This document shows positions 52,350 through 62,804 of a DNA stretch of 64,000 nucleotides, piece by piece. Under the pieces are notes generated by a model, which was not told where the DNA came from, ran no database searches, and saw nothing but the letters and a program-made list of their open reading frames with translations. The stretch is taken from NCBI GenBank assembly GCA_035297365.1, contig DATGZA010000014.1, positions 192,001 through 256,000 on the forward strand, written 5' to 3'. This stretch comes from Nitrososphaeraceae archaeon (lineage in GTDB: Archaea; Thermoproteota; Nitrososphaeria; Nitrososphaerales; Nitrososphaeraceae). Every line of letters starts with the position of its first letter. The first letter of the stretch is position 1. The translations under genes and the position numbers were made by a program.

Positions 52350-53354
52350 CTACAATGATAAGTCCTTTGAAGCGATTTCCTTTAAAGGCTCTATATTTCC
52401 TCCTAGAGGTAGTATCATATTTCTCATATTTTCCAACATCATTCCTATATACGAATGATGAGGATCTCCTTCTTTTCCAGGTAAATCATCATCACTCAAG
52501 GTTTCTACTATGGTAACATTAGCTTCTTTTGCTATTTGATCTATCATATTGGTAGGAAAAACCTCAGATGCAAATAATGCTGGGATACTCTCAGTACGGA
52601 TTTGGTCGATCAATCTCACAAGATCTTGGGGGGACGGTTCACCAAAGTCAGAAGGTTGTATTGCTCCAATTACAGTCATCCCGTACCTTGGAGCAAAATA
52701 TGCCCAAGAATCATGATATGTAAGCAATTTTCGGTTTTCTTTGGGTATTGTGTCCACAGATTTTCTTATACCCTCATCAAGTTCTTTAAGTAGTTCATTA
52801 TATCTTTGATAATTTGAGATATAATATTTAGAATTGTTCGGGTCTATCTCTATTAATTTATCCGTTGTAATATTTGCAAATTTCATGGCATATTCTACGT
52901 TCAACCAAAGGTGTGGATTAGGATCTCCTTTTTCTTTTGGAAAACTGAAATCGAAAATCCAGTCATCTTTTGTTACGGTGTTATCTGCTAGCTTTACCAA
53001 TTGTATTTTGGGATTTTTTGTAATAATATTTTTCGCAATATTCTCTATACTTTTTTCAAGATTCAGACCATCTATGACTATGATATCGGCATTGCCTATT
53101 TTTATTGCATCAGAAGGAACTGGTTCAAATGTATGAGAATTTACACCTTCAGGAACCAGACCAACTAGGTTTATTCTTTCTCCGCCGATATTTTTCACAA
53201 TGTCCGTTATAGGTGCAACTGATGTTACTACATTCAATTTTTTCTTGCCTATATCTGAAACTTCTATTTCTTGGCCCAAAGCATAATTGGAAAAAACAAA
53301 AACGATCGAGATCAAATGAATAAAGGCAATTCCAATACCCGACGATCTATTCAT
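52350..53354 (-). CDS. metal ABC transporter substrate-binding protein (TroA/ZnuA type)
   Basis: NSHTFEP, PNPHLWL, YHDSW; ATG 53354 preferred because it leaves the operator upstream. Confidence 0.93.
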   Translation of the reverse strand: MNRSSGIGIAFIHLISIVFVFSNYALGQEIEVSDIGKKKLNVVTSVAPITDIVKNIGGERINLVGLVPEGVNSHTFEPVPSDAIKIGNADIIVIDGLNLEKSIENIAKNIITKNPKIQLVKLADNTVTKDDWIFDFSFPKEKGDPNPHLWLNVEYAMKFANITTDKLIEIDPNNSKYYISNYQRYNELLKELDEGIRKSVDTIPKENRKLLTYHDSWAYFAPRYGMTVIGAIQPSDFGEPSPQDLVRLIDQIRTESIPALFASEVFPTNMIDQIAKEANVTIVETLSDDDLPGKEGDPHHSYIGMMLENMRNMILPLGGNIEPLKEIASKDLSL

Positions 53355-53373
53355 AAAAAATTTAATTATTGCG

Positions 53374-53403
53374 AGTATTAAAAATTTACTAAATAGTAAT
53401 ACT
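53374..53403. promoter_or_regulatory. putative NikR operator
   Basis: AGTATTA-N16-TAATACT; same architecture as E. coli NikR site GTATGA-N16-TCATAC. Confidence 0.75.
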
Positions 53404-53555
53404 TTATTCATAATAATCCGATTTAGAGAACAATTGAATCAAACTAAATTTACAATAAAAGTACAAACCGTGTTATTCATTATACAAATAAATTTATGGT
53501 CAGCTGTTACCCCTTCATTTATTTCAAATTTATTCATATAGAATTAATAATGTTT

Positions 53556-54002
53556 TTATTTAATGCCAACATAATGCATCTTTATACTTTTTATACCTCT
53601 GTTCTCAGAGATAACTTTCATAAAACTTTTCATTCTTCTTATTTTTCCTCTTAGAATGATCGTTTCAAGACAGTTATCATGATCCAAGTGTAAATGTGTA
53701 GTTGTTACTATAATATCGTTATATTCATGCTGACTCTTTATAGATTCTCTATCATTACCGAAGAGATGATTATCGTATAAAACTACTAATGCACCTGCGC
53801 CTTCTTGAACTTCTTTTTGTTCCCATTCATTATTATTAATAAATTCATAAAGTGCTTTTTGAATTGCTTTTGATCTATCTGAAAACCCTGCATTATTCAT
53901 GGATTTATCAAATTGATCAAGTAAAGTAGGAGATAATGAAATGCTAATTCTAGCAACTTGATCTTTCTTTTTAACCTCATTTTTGTTCGAGTGCTTAGGC
54001 AA
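53556..54002 (-). CDS. nikR: nickel-responsive regulator NikR
   Basis: RISISL RHH domain, DRSKAI, QHEY and HLHLDHDNCLE Ni ligands. Confidence 0.93.
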   Translation of the reverse strand: MPKHSNKNEVKKKDQVARISISLSPTLLDQFDKSMNNAGFSDRSKAIQKALYEFINNNEWEQKEVQEGAGALVVLYDNHLFGNDRESIKSQHEYNDIIVTTTHLHLDHDNCLETIILRGKIRRMKSFMKVISENRGIKSIKMHYVGIK

Positions 54003-54436
54003 TTTTATAATAGATCGTATTTTTTATTCTTAAACCTATCTTCAGATTAAATACCTTTATTCTTGTCAAGTGGGATCAAGATAGATTTTAAGTAGTCTAA
54101 AATCTATTTTGCATAGTGAAAATCTATCTTGTCTTTGGATTATCTTTACGTATTAAAGAGGTTATATATCAAAGAAGGACAACATATTTTTGTATAATAT
54201 CATTAAATCTTCCTTGCAACCATGTGAGCCCATAACTACAAATTTTAATAAATTTTTCTACTATATACATTTATTTCGATATTTTCCTGATCTGTTTATA
54301 TTTTTATATTTATGAAGATATTCAATAATCATAAATACTAAAAATGAATTATAATATGATCTAAAAGTTTTTACTTTATTAATAAACAAAATTAAATTAC
54401 AAATTAATAAACAATACTTTGTGAAAATCTACCTAC

Positions 54437-55552
54437 ATGGGAATAGCAGATTTTGTGTCCGGTAATCCGGGATTGGACTTCTTTTATATTCTGTTTAATG
54501 GAATTTCGGAAGTTCCACTCTTCAGTTCTCCGGTCACTGGTATCCTGATACTAATTGGAGTATTTATCGCGTCAAGAAATGCTGGAATAATGATGGTAAT
54601 TTCTGGTCTAATAGGTGCGGGGATGGCTATATTGCTAGGCGCTCCATATGGACTTGTTGCATTCGGTCTTTTTGGTTATAACTCTATACTCACTGGTATG
54701 GCTTTTTGGTCTGGACCTTTCGTTAAATCTAACAAGGCAACATTCTTCATATCGATATTTGGTGCAGCTGTTACGGCAGTAGTCTGGATGGCAATGGGTC
54801 ATGTGATGGGAGACATGTTTGTTCTACATGGTTTATCTGCATCTTGGGCAATTCCTGGCTTTACGTCATCATTCATCTTTACAACTTGGACATTGATGTA
54901 CGCCACAAAAAGATTTGGACATGATATTTGGCCTGAACCTGCACCCGCGCCACATGAACTGTTGATAAAAGGTAGTGGAAACCCTGTTCTGGTGCATGAA
55001 GAGAATTTCAAATGGACAGCAGGAGAATTTATAAAATCAACGTTAAAAGGTGTTTCCCAGGTTACATTTGTAGAAAACTGGAAGACTGGAATCTTTTGGG
55101 TGGTTGGGCTTACGTTAGCGTTTGAATTGGCACCATTTATAACTGGCCAAGATAGACCTTGGTGGACAAATGGTTATACTGCACAATGGAATGAATTTTC
55201 TCCGCTTTATTTGGGTGGCTTGATGGCTTTTGTTGGTTCTGCAGTGGGGGCTGGAATGGCAATATTGACCAAATTGCCAACAGGCGAGATAAGAGCAGGT
55301 CTACATGGGTTTAACCAAGTATTGGTAATGATCGCTCTCACCAGTTTTCTGCCTCTTACGCCACAATCTGTATTGATTGCATTACTTGCTACCGTCTCGT
55401 GTGGTTTTGTGATGCCGGCGATGCAACGATTCTTTGGAATGTGGGGATTGCCAGCGTTAACAGGTCCGTTCGTTTTCACTGCATGGGTCTTCTTACTTGG
55501 GATATCTGGCTTCTCAAATATACCTGCTGGGATCGGTTGGTCACGACCATAG
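54437..55552 (+). CDS. urea transporter (UT family)
   Basis: GISEV/GVSQV, GLFGYN/GLHGFN, LPALTGPFV. Confidence 0.92.
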   Translation: MGIADFVSGNPGLDFFYILFNGISEVPLFSSPVTGILILIGVFIASRNAGIMMVISGLIGAGMAILLGAPYGLVAFGLFGYNSILTGMAFWSGPFVKSNKATFFISIFGAAVTAVVWMAMGHVMGDMFVLHGLSASWAIPGFTSSFIFTTWTLMYATKRFGHDIWPEPAPAPHELLIKGSGNPVLVHEENFKWTAGEFIKSTLKGVSQVTFVENWKTGIFWVVGLTLAFELAPFITGQDRPWWTNGYTAQWNEFSPLYLGGLMAFVGSAVGAGMAILTKLPTGEIRAGLHGFNQVLVMIALTSFLPLTPQSVLIALLATVSCGFVMPAMQRFFGMWGLPALTGPFVFTAWVFLLGISGFSNIPAGIGWSRP

Positions 55553-55586
55553 ATTATGGAAAAATCCCATTTTCTTCATTTTTTAA

Positions 55587-56177
55587 GTGAAAAAAATGAA
55601 CATACAGGAATTTAATCAATTTTTGAAACTTACAAGCGAAGGAAGAGAGAATTCCGATATCCAAAAAATCAAGATGTTTATAGATTGGTGCAATAAAAAC
55701 AACTACGAAGAAATACTTCTAAGACTTAGTTCCGAAAAAGATGCAGGTTTAGGAGATAACCGGATAATAGACTTTACAACAAAACGAATTATTATTACCA
55801 AAAAAAGTTTTATAAAAAAATTTCTTGATGTTGGTTATGTAGCTGGGATGGGTCCATTTCCATACATAATATTATCCGAAAAAAAACACACATCAAAAAT
55901 AAAGGATTCAGCAAAAGTAGACGTCAGAAAAATTATGAACAGGTCAGATTTTGAATATTCTTTAGATTATGATTTAGTAAATCAAGTTATTGTAAGCCAA
56001 GGTTCTAGTTCTGTAGTTAGAAATATGTTTGGCTCATTTATAGCAAAAAATTACTTGACTATAATTACGGATAAGCAAAGGTATGAGTATATTTTGCCAG
56101 CTAAGAAGAATGGTGATTTTTATAGAATGACACATTGGCTTCAGGTTCTTCCAGTAAAGGTTTCAGTCGTATATTGA
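55587..56177 (+). CDS. hypothetical protein, possibly PH-like fold
   Basis: 196-aa ORF; IDFTTKRIII motif. Confidence 0.7.
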   Translation: MKKMNIQEFNQFLKLTSEGRENSDIQKIKMFIDWCNKNNYEEILLRLSSEKDAGLGDNRIIDFTTKRIIITKKSFIKKFLDVGYVAGMGPFPYIILSEKKHTSKIKDSAKVDVRKIMNRSDFEYSLDYDLVNQVIVSQGSSSVVRNMFGSFIAKNYLTIITDKQRYEYILPAKKNGDFYRMTHWLQVLPVKVSVVY

Positions 56178-56200
56178 TTTTTGCCGACGTCGGCAAAAAT
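56177..56200. promoter_or_regulatory. perfect 24-bp palindrome just before the ureA TATA-like box
   Basis: ATTTTTGCCGACGTCGGCAAAAAT then TTTTATATAAA. Confidence 0.55.
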
Positions 56201-56274
56201 TACTTTTATATAAATTAATTCTTTCAAATTTAAAATATTTCAAATTCACTAGTATCATAAGGTGAATTGTAGAT

Positions 56275-56577
56275 ATGATGTTAGTTCCACGTGAAGTGGA
56301 TAAAATGATGATTTGGACCGCAGCACAAATTGCTGAAGGCCGTAAAAAAAGGGGAATAAAACTCAATCATCCGGAAACTGTTGCATATATAGCGAACTAT
56401 GTAGTCGAGGGCGCAAGAGAAGGAAAAAGTGTGGCAGAATTAATGAAATCTGCTAGAGAGGTTCTAACAAGGAATGATGTTATGGAAGGGGTACCGGAAC
56501 TGATTCATACTGTTCAGGTTGAAGCTACTTTTCCAGATGGTACCAAGTTAGTTACCGTTCATGATCCAGTTCAATAG
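56275..56577 (+). CDS. ureA: urease gamma subunit
   Basis: [36 protein letters not shown]. Confidence 0.98.
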   Translation: MMLVPREVDKMMIWTAAQIAEGRKKRGIKLNHPETVAYIANYVVEGAREGKSVAELMKSAREVLTRNDVMEGVPELIHTVQVEATFPDGTKLVTVHDPVQ

Positions 56578-56647
56578 GAGTGAAAAAAATGATTAGAAAT
56601 TTTGAAAAAAATAAAATAAAGAAAGGTAAGGAGGCTTTTAAATCGAA

Positions 56648-57022
56648 ATGATTCCAGGCGAATATATTTTGTCTTCGGAGCCTGTAATCTGTAATCCAAA
56701 TTATAAAACTGTCAAGGTTACTGTAAAGAATACTGGGGACAGGGCATGCCAGATAGGATCTCATACACACTTTTTTGAAGTAAATAGGGCTTTAGATTTT
56801 CCAAGAGAAAAAACATATGGATACAGATTGAACATACCTGCTGGCACTTCAATTAGATTTGAACCAGGTGATTCACGAGAAGTAGAGTTATGTGAACTAG
56901 GTGGTAAACGAATTGTATATGGATTTAACGGTCTGACGATGGGCGGTCTCAATTCGTCTGTCATAAAGGATGCTGCCATGGAAAAAGCGACGAAACTTGG
57001 ATACGGTGGGATGAGCAAATAA
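56648..57022 (+). CDS. ureB: urease beta subunit
   Basis: MIPGE, NTGDR..QIGSH.HFFEVN, RLNIPAGTSIRFEPG. Confidence 0.98.
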   Translation: MIPGEYILSSEPVICNPNYKTVKVTVKNTGDRACQIGSHTHFFEVNRALDFPREKTYGYRLNIPAGTSIRFEPGDSREVELCELGGKRIVYGFNGLTMGGLNSSVIKDAAMEKATKLGYGGMSK

Positions 57023-57044
57023 AACTCAAGGGGCATGAATTAAA

Positions 57045-58772
57045 ATGGTTTTGAAATTAACTAGAAAACAATATACCGACCTCTTTGGACCGTCAAAAGG
57101 TGACAAAATAAGACTTGCAGATACTGACATAATTATCGAAGTTGAAAAGGACTTGATCTCCCAAGGAGATGAATGTGTCTTTGGTGGGGGCAAAACGATA
57201 AGAGATGGACTGGCGCAAGCATCAGGTATTACCAATGCAAACGGTGCTTTAGACTTTGTCATAACAAATGCCGTAGTTTTAGATCCTATATTGGGGATTG
57301 TAAAGGCAGACATTGGTATCAAGGATGGAAAGATAGCAGGAATAGGAAATTCAGGTAACCCATATACTATGGACCATGTTAATACGAACATGATTGTCTC
57401 AGCGTGTACAGAGGCAACTGCGGGTGAACATACAATTTGTACTCCTGGTCACTGGGATACCCACGTACACATGATCTCTCCACAACAGTACGTGGATGCA
57501 ATTAGCAACGGAATCACTACTATGATAGGGGGTGGAACTGGACCTGCAGATGGAACAAATGCAACAACATGCACACCAGGATCCTTCAATATTAGTAGGA
57601 TGATGGAGAGTGTAGAGGATATCCCAGTCAATTGGGGTTTCTTGGGCAAAGGAAATGATTCACATCCATCACTTGCCACACAGATAGAACAAATTGAAGC
57701 TGGGGCATGTGGATTAAAAGATCATGAAGACTGGGGAACAACTGCTGCAGTTTTAGACGCATCTCTTAGGGCAGTAGACATGACTGATACACAATTAGCT
57801 ATACATACCGATTCAATAAACGAATGTGGTTACGTTGAAGACACAATTAATGCGATAGATGGTAGGACACTCCATACATATCACACTGAGGGTGCAGGTG
57901 GTGGACATGCTCCAGATATTATGAAAATCGCAGGTGAGCAGTTTGCACTCCCCTCATCAACTAATCCAACTAGACCATATACTGTGAATACGGTTGATGA
58001 ACACCTTGATATGCTGATGTTTTGTCATCACCTCAATCCAGCAGTACCTGAGGATGTGGCTTTTGCAGAGTCAAGAATCAGAGCAGAGACAATTGCTGCA
58101 GAAGATGTATTGCATGACGAGGGAGTGTTGAGCATGTATTCATCTGATAGCCAAGCTATGGGTAGAATTGGTGAAGTTGTAATCAGGGCATGGCAAACCG
58201 CTGACAAGATGAAGAAAATGAAAGGAAGATTGACAGAAGAAACAGGAGACAATGATAATCTTAGAGCTAAAAGGTATATTGCAAAGACTACCATCAATCC
58301 TGCTATAACGCATGGTGCCGCTGATATCCTTGGGTCTCTAGAAGTAGGAAAATATGCTGATATCGTTATGTACCAAACACCCTTTTTTGGAGTCAAGCCA
58401 AAAATGATTTTTAAAGGTGGTTTCATTGCTTGGTCAATCATGGGTGATCCTAATGCGTCCATCCCAACGCCTGAACCTGTCTATTATAGACCAATGTTTG
58501 GTGCTATGGGTAAGGCGGTAAAAAGAACGTCCTTAACTTTATCATCAAAGGCAGCCGTAAATCTTGGAGTGAGAGAAAAACTAGGATTAGAAAAGGTTCT
58601 ACATCCGGTACACAATTGCAGAAACATTGGCAAAAAAGATATGGTCTGGAACGATAAAACTCCAGAGATTACTATAGATCCTGAGACATACGAGGTAAAA
58701 CTGGACGGAAAAATAGCTACAGTTGACCCTGCAAAAGAATTATCCCTAGCACAAAGATACTTCATGGCATAA
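57045..58772 (+). CDS. ureC: urease alpha subunit
   Basis: [43 protein letters not shown]. Confidence 0.99.
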   Translation: MVLKLTRKQYTDLFGPSKGDKIRLADTDIIIEVEKDLISQGDECVFGGGKTIRDGLAQASGITNANGALDFVITNAVVLDPILGIVKADIGIKDGKIAGIGNSGNPYTMDHVNTNMIVSACTEATAGEHTICTPGHWDTHVHMISPQQYVDAISNGITTMIGGGTGPADGTNATTCTPGSFNISRMMESVEDIPVNWGFLGKGNDSHPSLATQIEQIEAGACGLKDHEDWGTTAAVLDASLRAVDMTDTQLAIHTDSINECGYVEDTINAIDGRTLHTYHTEGAGGGHAPDIMKIAGEQFALPSSTNPTRPYTVNTVDEHLDMLMFCHHLNPAVPEDVAFAESRIRAETIAAEDVLHDEGVLSMYSSDSQAMGRIGEVVIRAWQTADKMKKMKGRLTEETGDNDNLRAKRYIAKTTINPAITHGAADILGSLEVGKYADIVMYQTPFFGVKPKMIFKGGFIAWSIMGDPNASIPTPEPVYYRPMFGAMGKAVKRTSLTLSSKAAVNLGVREKLGLEKVLHPVHNCRNIGKKDMVWNDKTPEITIDPETYEVKLDGKIATVDPAKELSLAQRYFMA

Positions 58773-58857
58773 GAGATAAAACTATACCGACATCTACTAT
58801 TTTTTATTTTATTTTCTTTTTTATCGAGATATATACTTCATAGTAGGATAATATTTT

Positions 58858-60414
58858 ATGTCTAATCCAAATTATGGAGTTTGGAGACCAATTGCAGAAA
58901 ATGTAGAGTTTAATGCTCTTGAATCTAATTCACAAGCAGTAATGGCTGTTGCAGAAACAGTCAGAACAACTTTAGGTCCAAAAGGTCTCGATAAACTCTT
59001 GATAGATCAAGCTATGAATCGACACGTTTCAAACGATGGAGTTACCATTTTACTCTCTTTAAGGGCCATACATCCAGTTGCAAGAATGATAGTTGAAATT
59101 GCAGAAAGACAAGAACAGCTAGTCGGTGACGGTACAACTACCGCGGTTGTAATGGCTTCTGAAATGATAAAAGAAGGGAAGAGGCTAGTAAAGGAACTAG
59201 GAGTGCATCCAACCAAAGTAGTGGAAGGGATAGATAATGGTGTTAAACAAGCATGCAAACTTTTAGAAAAACAAGCAAAGAGTATATCATTGAATGATGA
59301 CGAGCTTGAACAAGTAATAAGAACATCTCTCAATTCTAAATTAGACGGTGCAAATTTATCTACGTTGGTTATCAAATCCATTAGAACCATTGGAGAAAAT
59401 TCTGTCTATAACTCATCTTTTGATTTTGATAAATCAATTAAAGTGATAAGAAAAACAAACGTTTCTGACACAGTATTCAATGGTGTTGTGTTGGAAAGAA
59501 AAAGACTCGACACAGAGATGCCACTCAAAATTGATAAACCTAAGATAATGATAGTAAAACTAGATTTAAAACCAGTTAAAGAATCTTGGTTGAAAGAAAA
59601 TAATCGTTATGAAGAAATACTGACCATGGAAAATGATAGACTTTCAAAGTCTAAAAAGATAGTTGATGAAATTGTGTCTACTGGAGCCAACACACTTTTG
59701 ATAGCTTCTCCAGAAATAGATGAGGTTATAGAAAATCTTTTAGTGTCTAAAAAGATCTTTGCTGTCAGGATCTCTTCTGATGAAATTGAATTTCTGTCTC
59801 GATATCTTGGAACACGACCTGTGAGAATGATAGATGATCTAAAAGGGGACACTATCATTGGAAATGCTGACTGCATTCATGAAAATGAAGATGAAGGACT
59901 AATTTACCTTGAAAATGGTTCTGGAAAAAATATTGTTTCCATAATAGTATCAGGAACTACGAAAGAGACATCTCTTGAGAGGTGGAGATCAGTAATAGAT
60001 GGAGTTAATGCTGCTGAAGCCGCCCTTAATAAAGGTGTTGTAGCAGGGGGTGGAGCAGCAGAATTACATGTTATTGAAAAGTTAAAAGGTTTGAGGATGA
60101 AAGGCCTAGAGCAGGTAGGAGTTGAAGTAGTAGCATCAGCGCTTGAAAGCATAATGAGACAAATTTTAACAAATGCTGGCTTTAATGGTCTAGAAAAAGT
60201 GATGGCTGCAAAAGCATCAAAACAAAATATTGGTGTTGATATAGATAGTGGTGATCTAGTGGATATGTGTGAAAAGGGGGTTATCGATCCTTTATTGGTT
60301 AAGATAATGGCCCTCGAAGCTGCTGGAGAAATTTCAAAATCTGTCCTTAGAATTGATAGAAATCTTGCCGCTGAAGACCTAAGTCAACAGGCCGTTTCTG
60401 AAACAAGGAGGTAA
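58858..60414 (+). CDS. divergent group II chaperonin (thermosome-like) within the urease cluster
   Basis: TTLGPKGLDK, SNDGVTIL, GDGTTT, AGGGAAE, GVIDP. Confidence 0.93.
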   Translation: MSNPNYGVWRPIAENVEFNALESNSQAVMAVAETVRTTLGPKGLDKLLIDQAMNRHVSNDGVTILLSLRAIHPVARMIVEIAERQEQLVGDGTTTAVVMASEMIKEGKRLVKELGVHPTKVVEGIDNGVKQACKLLEKQAKSISLNDDELEQVIRTSLNSKLDGANLSTLVIKSIRTIGENSVYNSSFDFDKSIKVIRKTNVSDTVFNGVVLERKRLDTEMPLKIDKPKIMIVKLDLKPVKESWLKENNRYEEILTMENDRLSKSKKIVDEIVSTGANTLLIASPEIDEVIENLLVSKKIFAVRISSDEIEFLSRYLGTRPVRMIDDLKGDTIIGNADCIHENEDEGLIYLENGSGKNIVSIIVSGTTKETSLERWRSVIDGVNAAEAALNKGVVAGGGAAELHVIEKLKGLRMKGLEQVGVEVVASALESIMRQILTNAGFNGLEKVMAAKASKQNIGVDIDSGDLVDMCEKGVIDPLLVKIMALEAAGEISKSVLRIDRNLAAEDLSQQAVSETRR

Positions 60415-60423
60415 AAGAGAGAA

Positions 60424-60816
60424 GTGCAAATTCGTCACTGTGTAGAAAAAGATAATGTAAATGAACAGATGATAATCAAGGATCCCACAAAAATAAGACA
60501 CGTAGTTATTTTTGGAGGAAAGATAAAGTCAATGTCAGGTTTTATTGATCCTGCTTCTCATCTTAATATTGATTATCCATTACACAAGGTAACAAAATGT
60601 GTTATTGCGAAGAAATTTGAGTTAGGTTCTGATATTCTTTTCTCTAATAACGGGTTTATCTTTGCCTTGGTGATGTCTTCACATTTTGATAATTATGGAT
60701 ACCTAGACTATACAAAAAATCTTTCTGAAATGATTGAAAAAGTAAATGATCTTAAGACTTCTATATCAGTTAAAAAAGTATTGGAACAAGAAAACACAAC
60801 AGAGCAGGTGGAGTAA
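60424..60816 (+). CDS. hypothetical protein in the urease cluster
   Basis: 130-aa ORF packed between the chaperonin and ureE. Confidence 0.75.
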   Translation: MQIRHCVEKDNVNEQMIIKDPTKIRHVVIFGGKIKSMSGFIDPASHLNIDYPLHKVTKCVIAKKFELGSDILFSNNGFIFALVMSSHFDNYGYLDYTKNLSEMIEKVNDLKTSISVKKVLEQENTTEQVE

Positions 60817-60824
60817 TAAAAAAA

Positions 60825-61340
60825 ATGATAACTATCAATAACATAATTGGTAATTTAACGAGAGATTCTAAATTAAAAGAAAAATATGAATTGATGCTTA
60901 GAAAAGGTAACTGTGAAAAAGTAAAAATCAATAGGTTGGAATCCCAAAGGCTCAGAATGAGAAAGAATACAGATAAGGGATCTGATGTTATTTTTGTTTT
61001 TGACCATAATCCACAACTTCGACATGAGGATGTTGTATTTTCTGATGATGAGAAGATGATTATTGTTGAATTAGAACCAGAATACGTCGGTATAATTACA
61101 TTGAAAAATTATAATACCAATGAAGATATGTTTTCAATGTCGATAAAAATTGGTCATACACTGGGAAATTTACACAGACCAATTCGGGTAACAAAAAATC
61201 AAGTATATTTTCCATTACAAGCAGAGACAGAAATTGAAATGCTTACAAAACTCTTTTCATCATTCAGTCAATTTCTTGATATCAATACTGATTATATGGT
61301 CTTTGAACCAGAAGAAGGACACCATATTCATGAACATTGA
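60825..61340 (+). CDS. ureE: urease accessory protein UreE
   Basis: RLRMRKNTDKG, IGHTLGNLH.P, C-terminal GHHIHEH. Confidence 0.92.
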   Translation: MITINNIIGNLTRDSKLKEKYELMLRKGNCEKVKINRLESQRLRMRKNTDKGSDVIFVFDHNPQLRHEDVVFSDDEKMIIVELEPEYVGIITLKNYNTNEDMFSMSIKIGHTLGNLHRPIRVTKNQVYFPLQAETEIEMLTKLFSSFSQFLDINTDYMVFEPEEGHHIHEH

Positions 61341-62094
61341 TGCCATCGATCTTCAGTTAGAACAGATAAGCATGATGCAGTTAGGGGACTCTTTTTTTCC
61401 AACGGGGATGTATACGACCTCAAGTGGATTGGAGTCTCTCTTTTACAACAGAAAGATAAAAGATAAACAAAAAATTTTAGAATTTATTTCCGTATCTCTG
61501 AAATACCAAATAGGTCCAGCAGACTGTACAGCACTCTCTAACGCTTATCATTTTGCTAAAATTTCAGATTTGCAAGGCGTAATAGAGATAGACAAATTAC
61601 TTTTTTCTATGAAGTTAGTTAAGGAGATACGGGATGCTTCGGCAAGGTCCGGAACACAATTGTTAAGTTGTGTATCAAGTTTCGTTAATGAAACTATTAC
61701 CGACGATGTCGCAACAAATTTAATTCATGATAATATTCTTACTCCTGCCAAACTGGTTTCATCCTATTATAATGCGATAAAGAATAAAACTGCTCATGGT
61801 ATTTATCCAGTTGCATTAGCGGTAGCGTCAAATGCATTAAACATAAGAAAAGAAAGGGCTTGCATCCTTTTATTGTACGGATTTACGGTAAGTATAGTAG
61901 GTGCGGCACTTAGATTGGGAATGTTACAACATTTTGAAGGACAGCAAATAATTCATTCCTTAAAACCATTGATGGTAGAGGTTATAAAAACAAATATTGA
62001 TAGACCTTTTTCTCATATGTGGCAATTTTCTCCTGGGATCGATATTTTGCAGATTACACATGAGAGGATGGATTCAAAAATGTTTATTACATAA
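61330..62094 (+). CDS. ureF: urease accessory protein UreF
   Basis: QLGDSFFPTGMYTTSSGLE, AALRLG..GQ, HERMDSKMFIT; ATG 61330. Confidence 0.95.
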   Translation: MNIDAIDLQLEQISMMQLGDSFFPTGMYTTSSGLESLFYNRKIKDKQKILEFISVSLKYQIGPADCTALSNAYHFAKISDLQGVIEIDKLLFSMKLVKEIRDASARSGTQLLSCVSSFVNETITDDVATNLIHDNILTPAKLVSSYYNAIKNKTAHGIYPVALAVASNALNIRKERACILLLYGFTVSIVGAALRLGMLQHFEGQQIIHSLKPLMVEVIKTNIDRPFSHMWQFSPGIDILQITHERMDSKMFIT

Positions 62095-62115
62095 AATATT
62101 TATCTTTTATTTGTT

Positions 62116-62781
62116 ATGACTGTTAAAAGAATTCCTCGAGTTGGTATCGGTGGACCTGTCGGATCAGGAAAAACAATGTTAATTGAACAATTTGTTCCGT
62201 TATTAAGTCAAAAAGGATATAAGACGGCAATTGTCTCCAACGATGTAGTATCGAAAATAGATGCTGATCGGATGCGAAGGAACTTGGCATCCGAACAAGG
62301 GCTACTACCAGAAAGTCTGGTAATAGGACTTGCTACGGGTGGATGTCCACATACTGCCGTAAGGGAGGATCCTTCTATGAATATTTCTGTGGTTGAAGAA
62401 ATAGAATCCAAACATAATGAAGATCTTGATTTGATAATAATTGAAAGCGGTGGTGATAATATAACAACAACGTTTAGTCCTGCATTGGCTGATTACTTTA
62501 TCTATATAATAGATGTCTCTAGTGGAGATAAATATCCCAGAAAACGTGGTCTTGGAATAGAGAGTTGTGATCTTTTGGTGATTAATAAAATTGATCTTGC
62601 TCCACTTATAGGTGCAGATCTTAAAGTAATGGAGAAGGATGCTATTGTCGTCAGAAAAAACAAACCATTTCTATTTGTTAATTGCAAAACTGGTCAGGGA
62701 GTGAAAGAAGTTGCAGAACATATTATAAAAGATGTTTTGTTTGAAGCACCCCCAAAAACTCTTCTAAAGAAAAATAATTAG
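62116..62781 (+). CDS. ureG: urease accessory GTPase UreG
   Basis: GGPVGSGKT, TGGCPH, ESGGDN, NKID. Confidence 0.98.
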   Translation: MTVKRIPRVGIGGPVGSGKTMLIEQFVPLLSQKGYKTAIVSNDVVSKIDADRMRRNLASEQGLLPESLVIGLATGGCPHTAVREDPSMNISVVEEIESKHNEDLDLIIIESGGDNITTTFSPALADYFIYIIDVSSGDKYPRKRGLGIESCDLLVINKIDLAPLIGADLKVMEKDAIVVRKNKPFLFVNCKTGQGVKEVAEHIIKDVLFEAPPKTLLKKNN

Positions 62782-62804
62782 ATAATCAAAGAGTTTACAT
62801 AATT

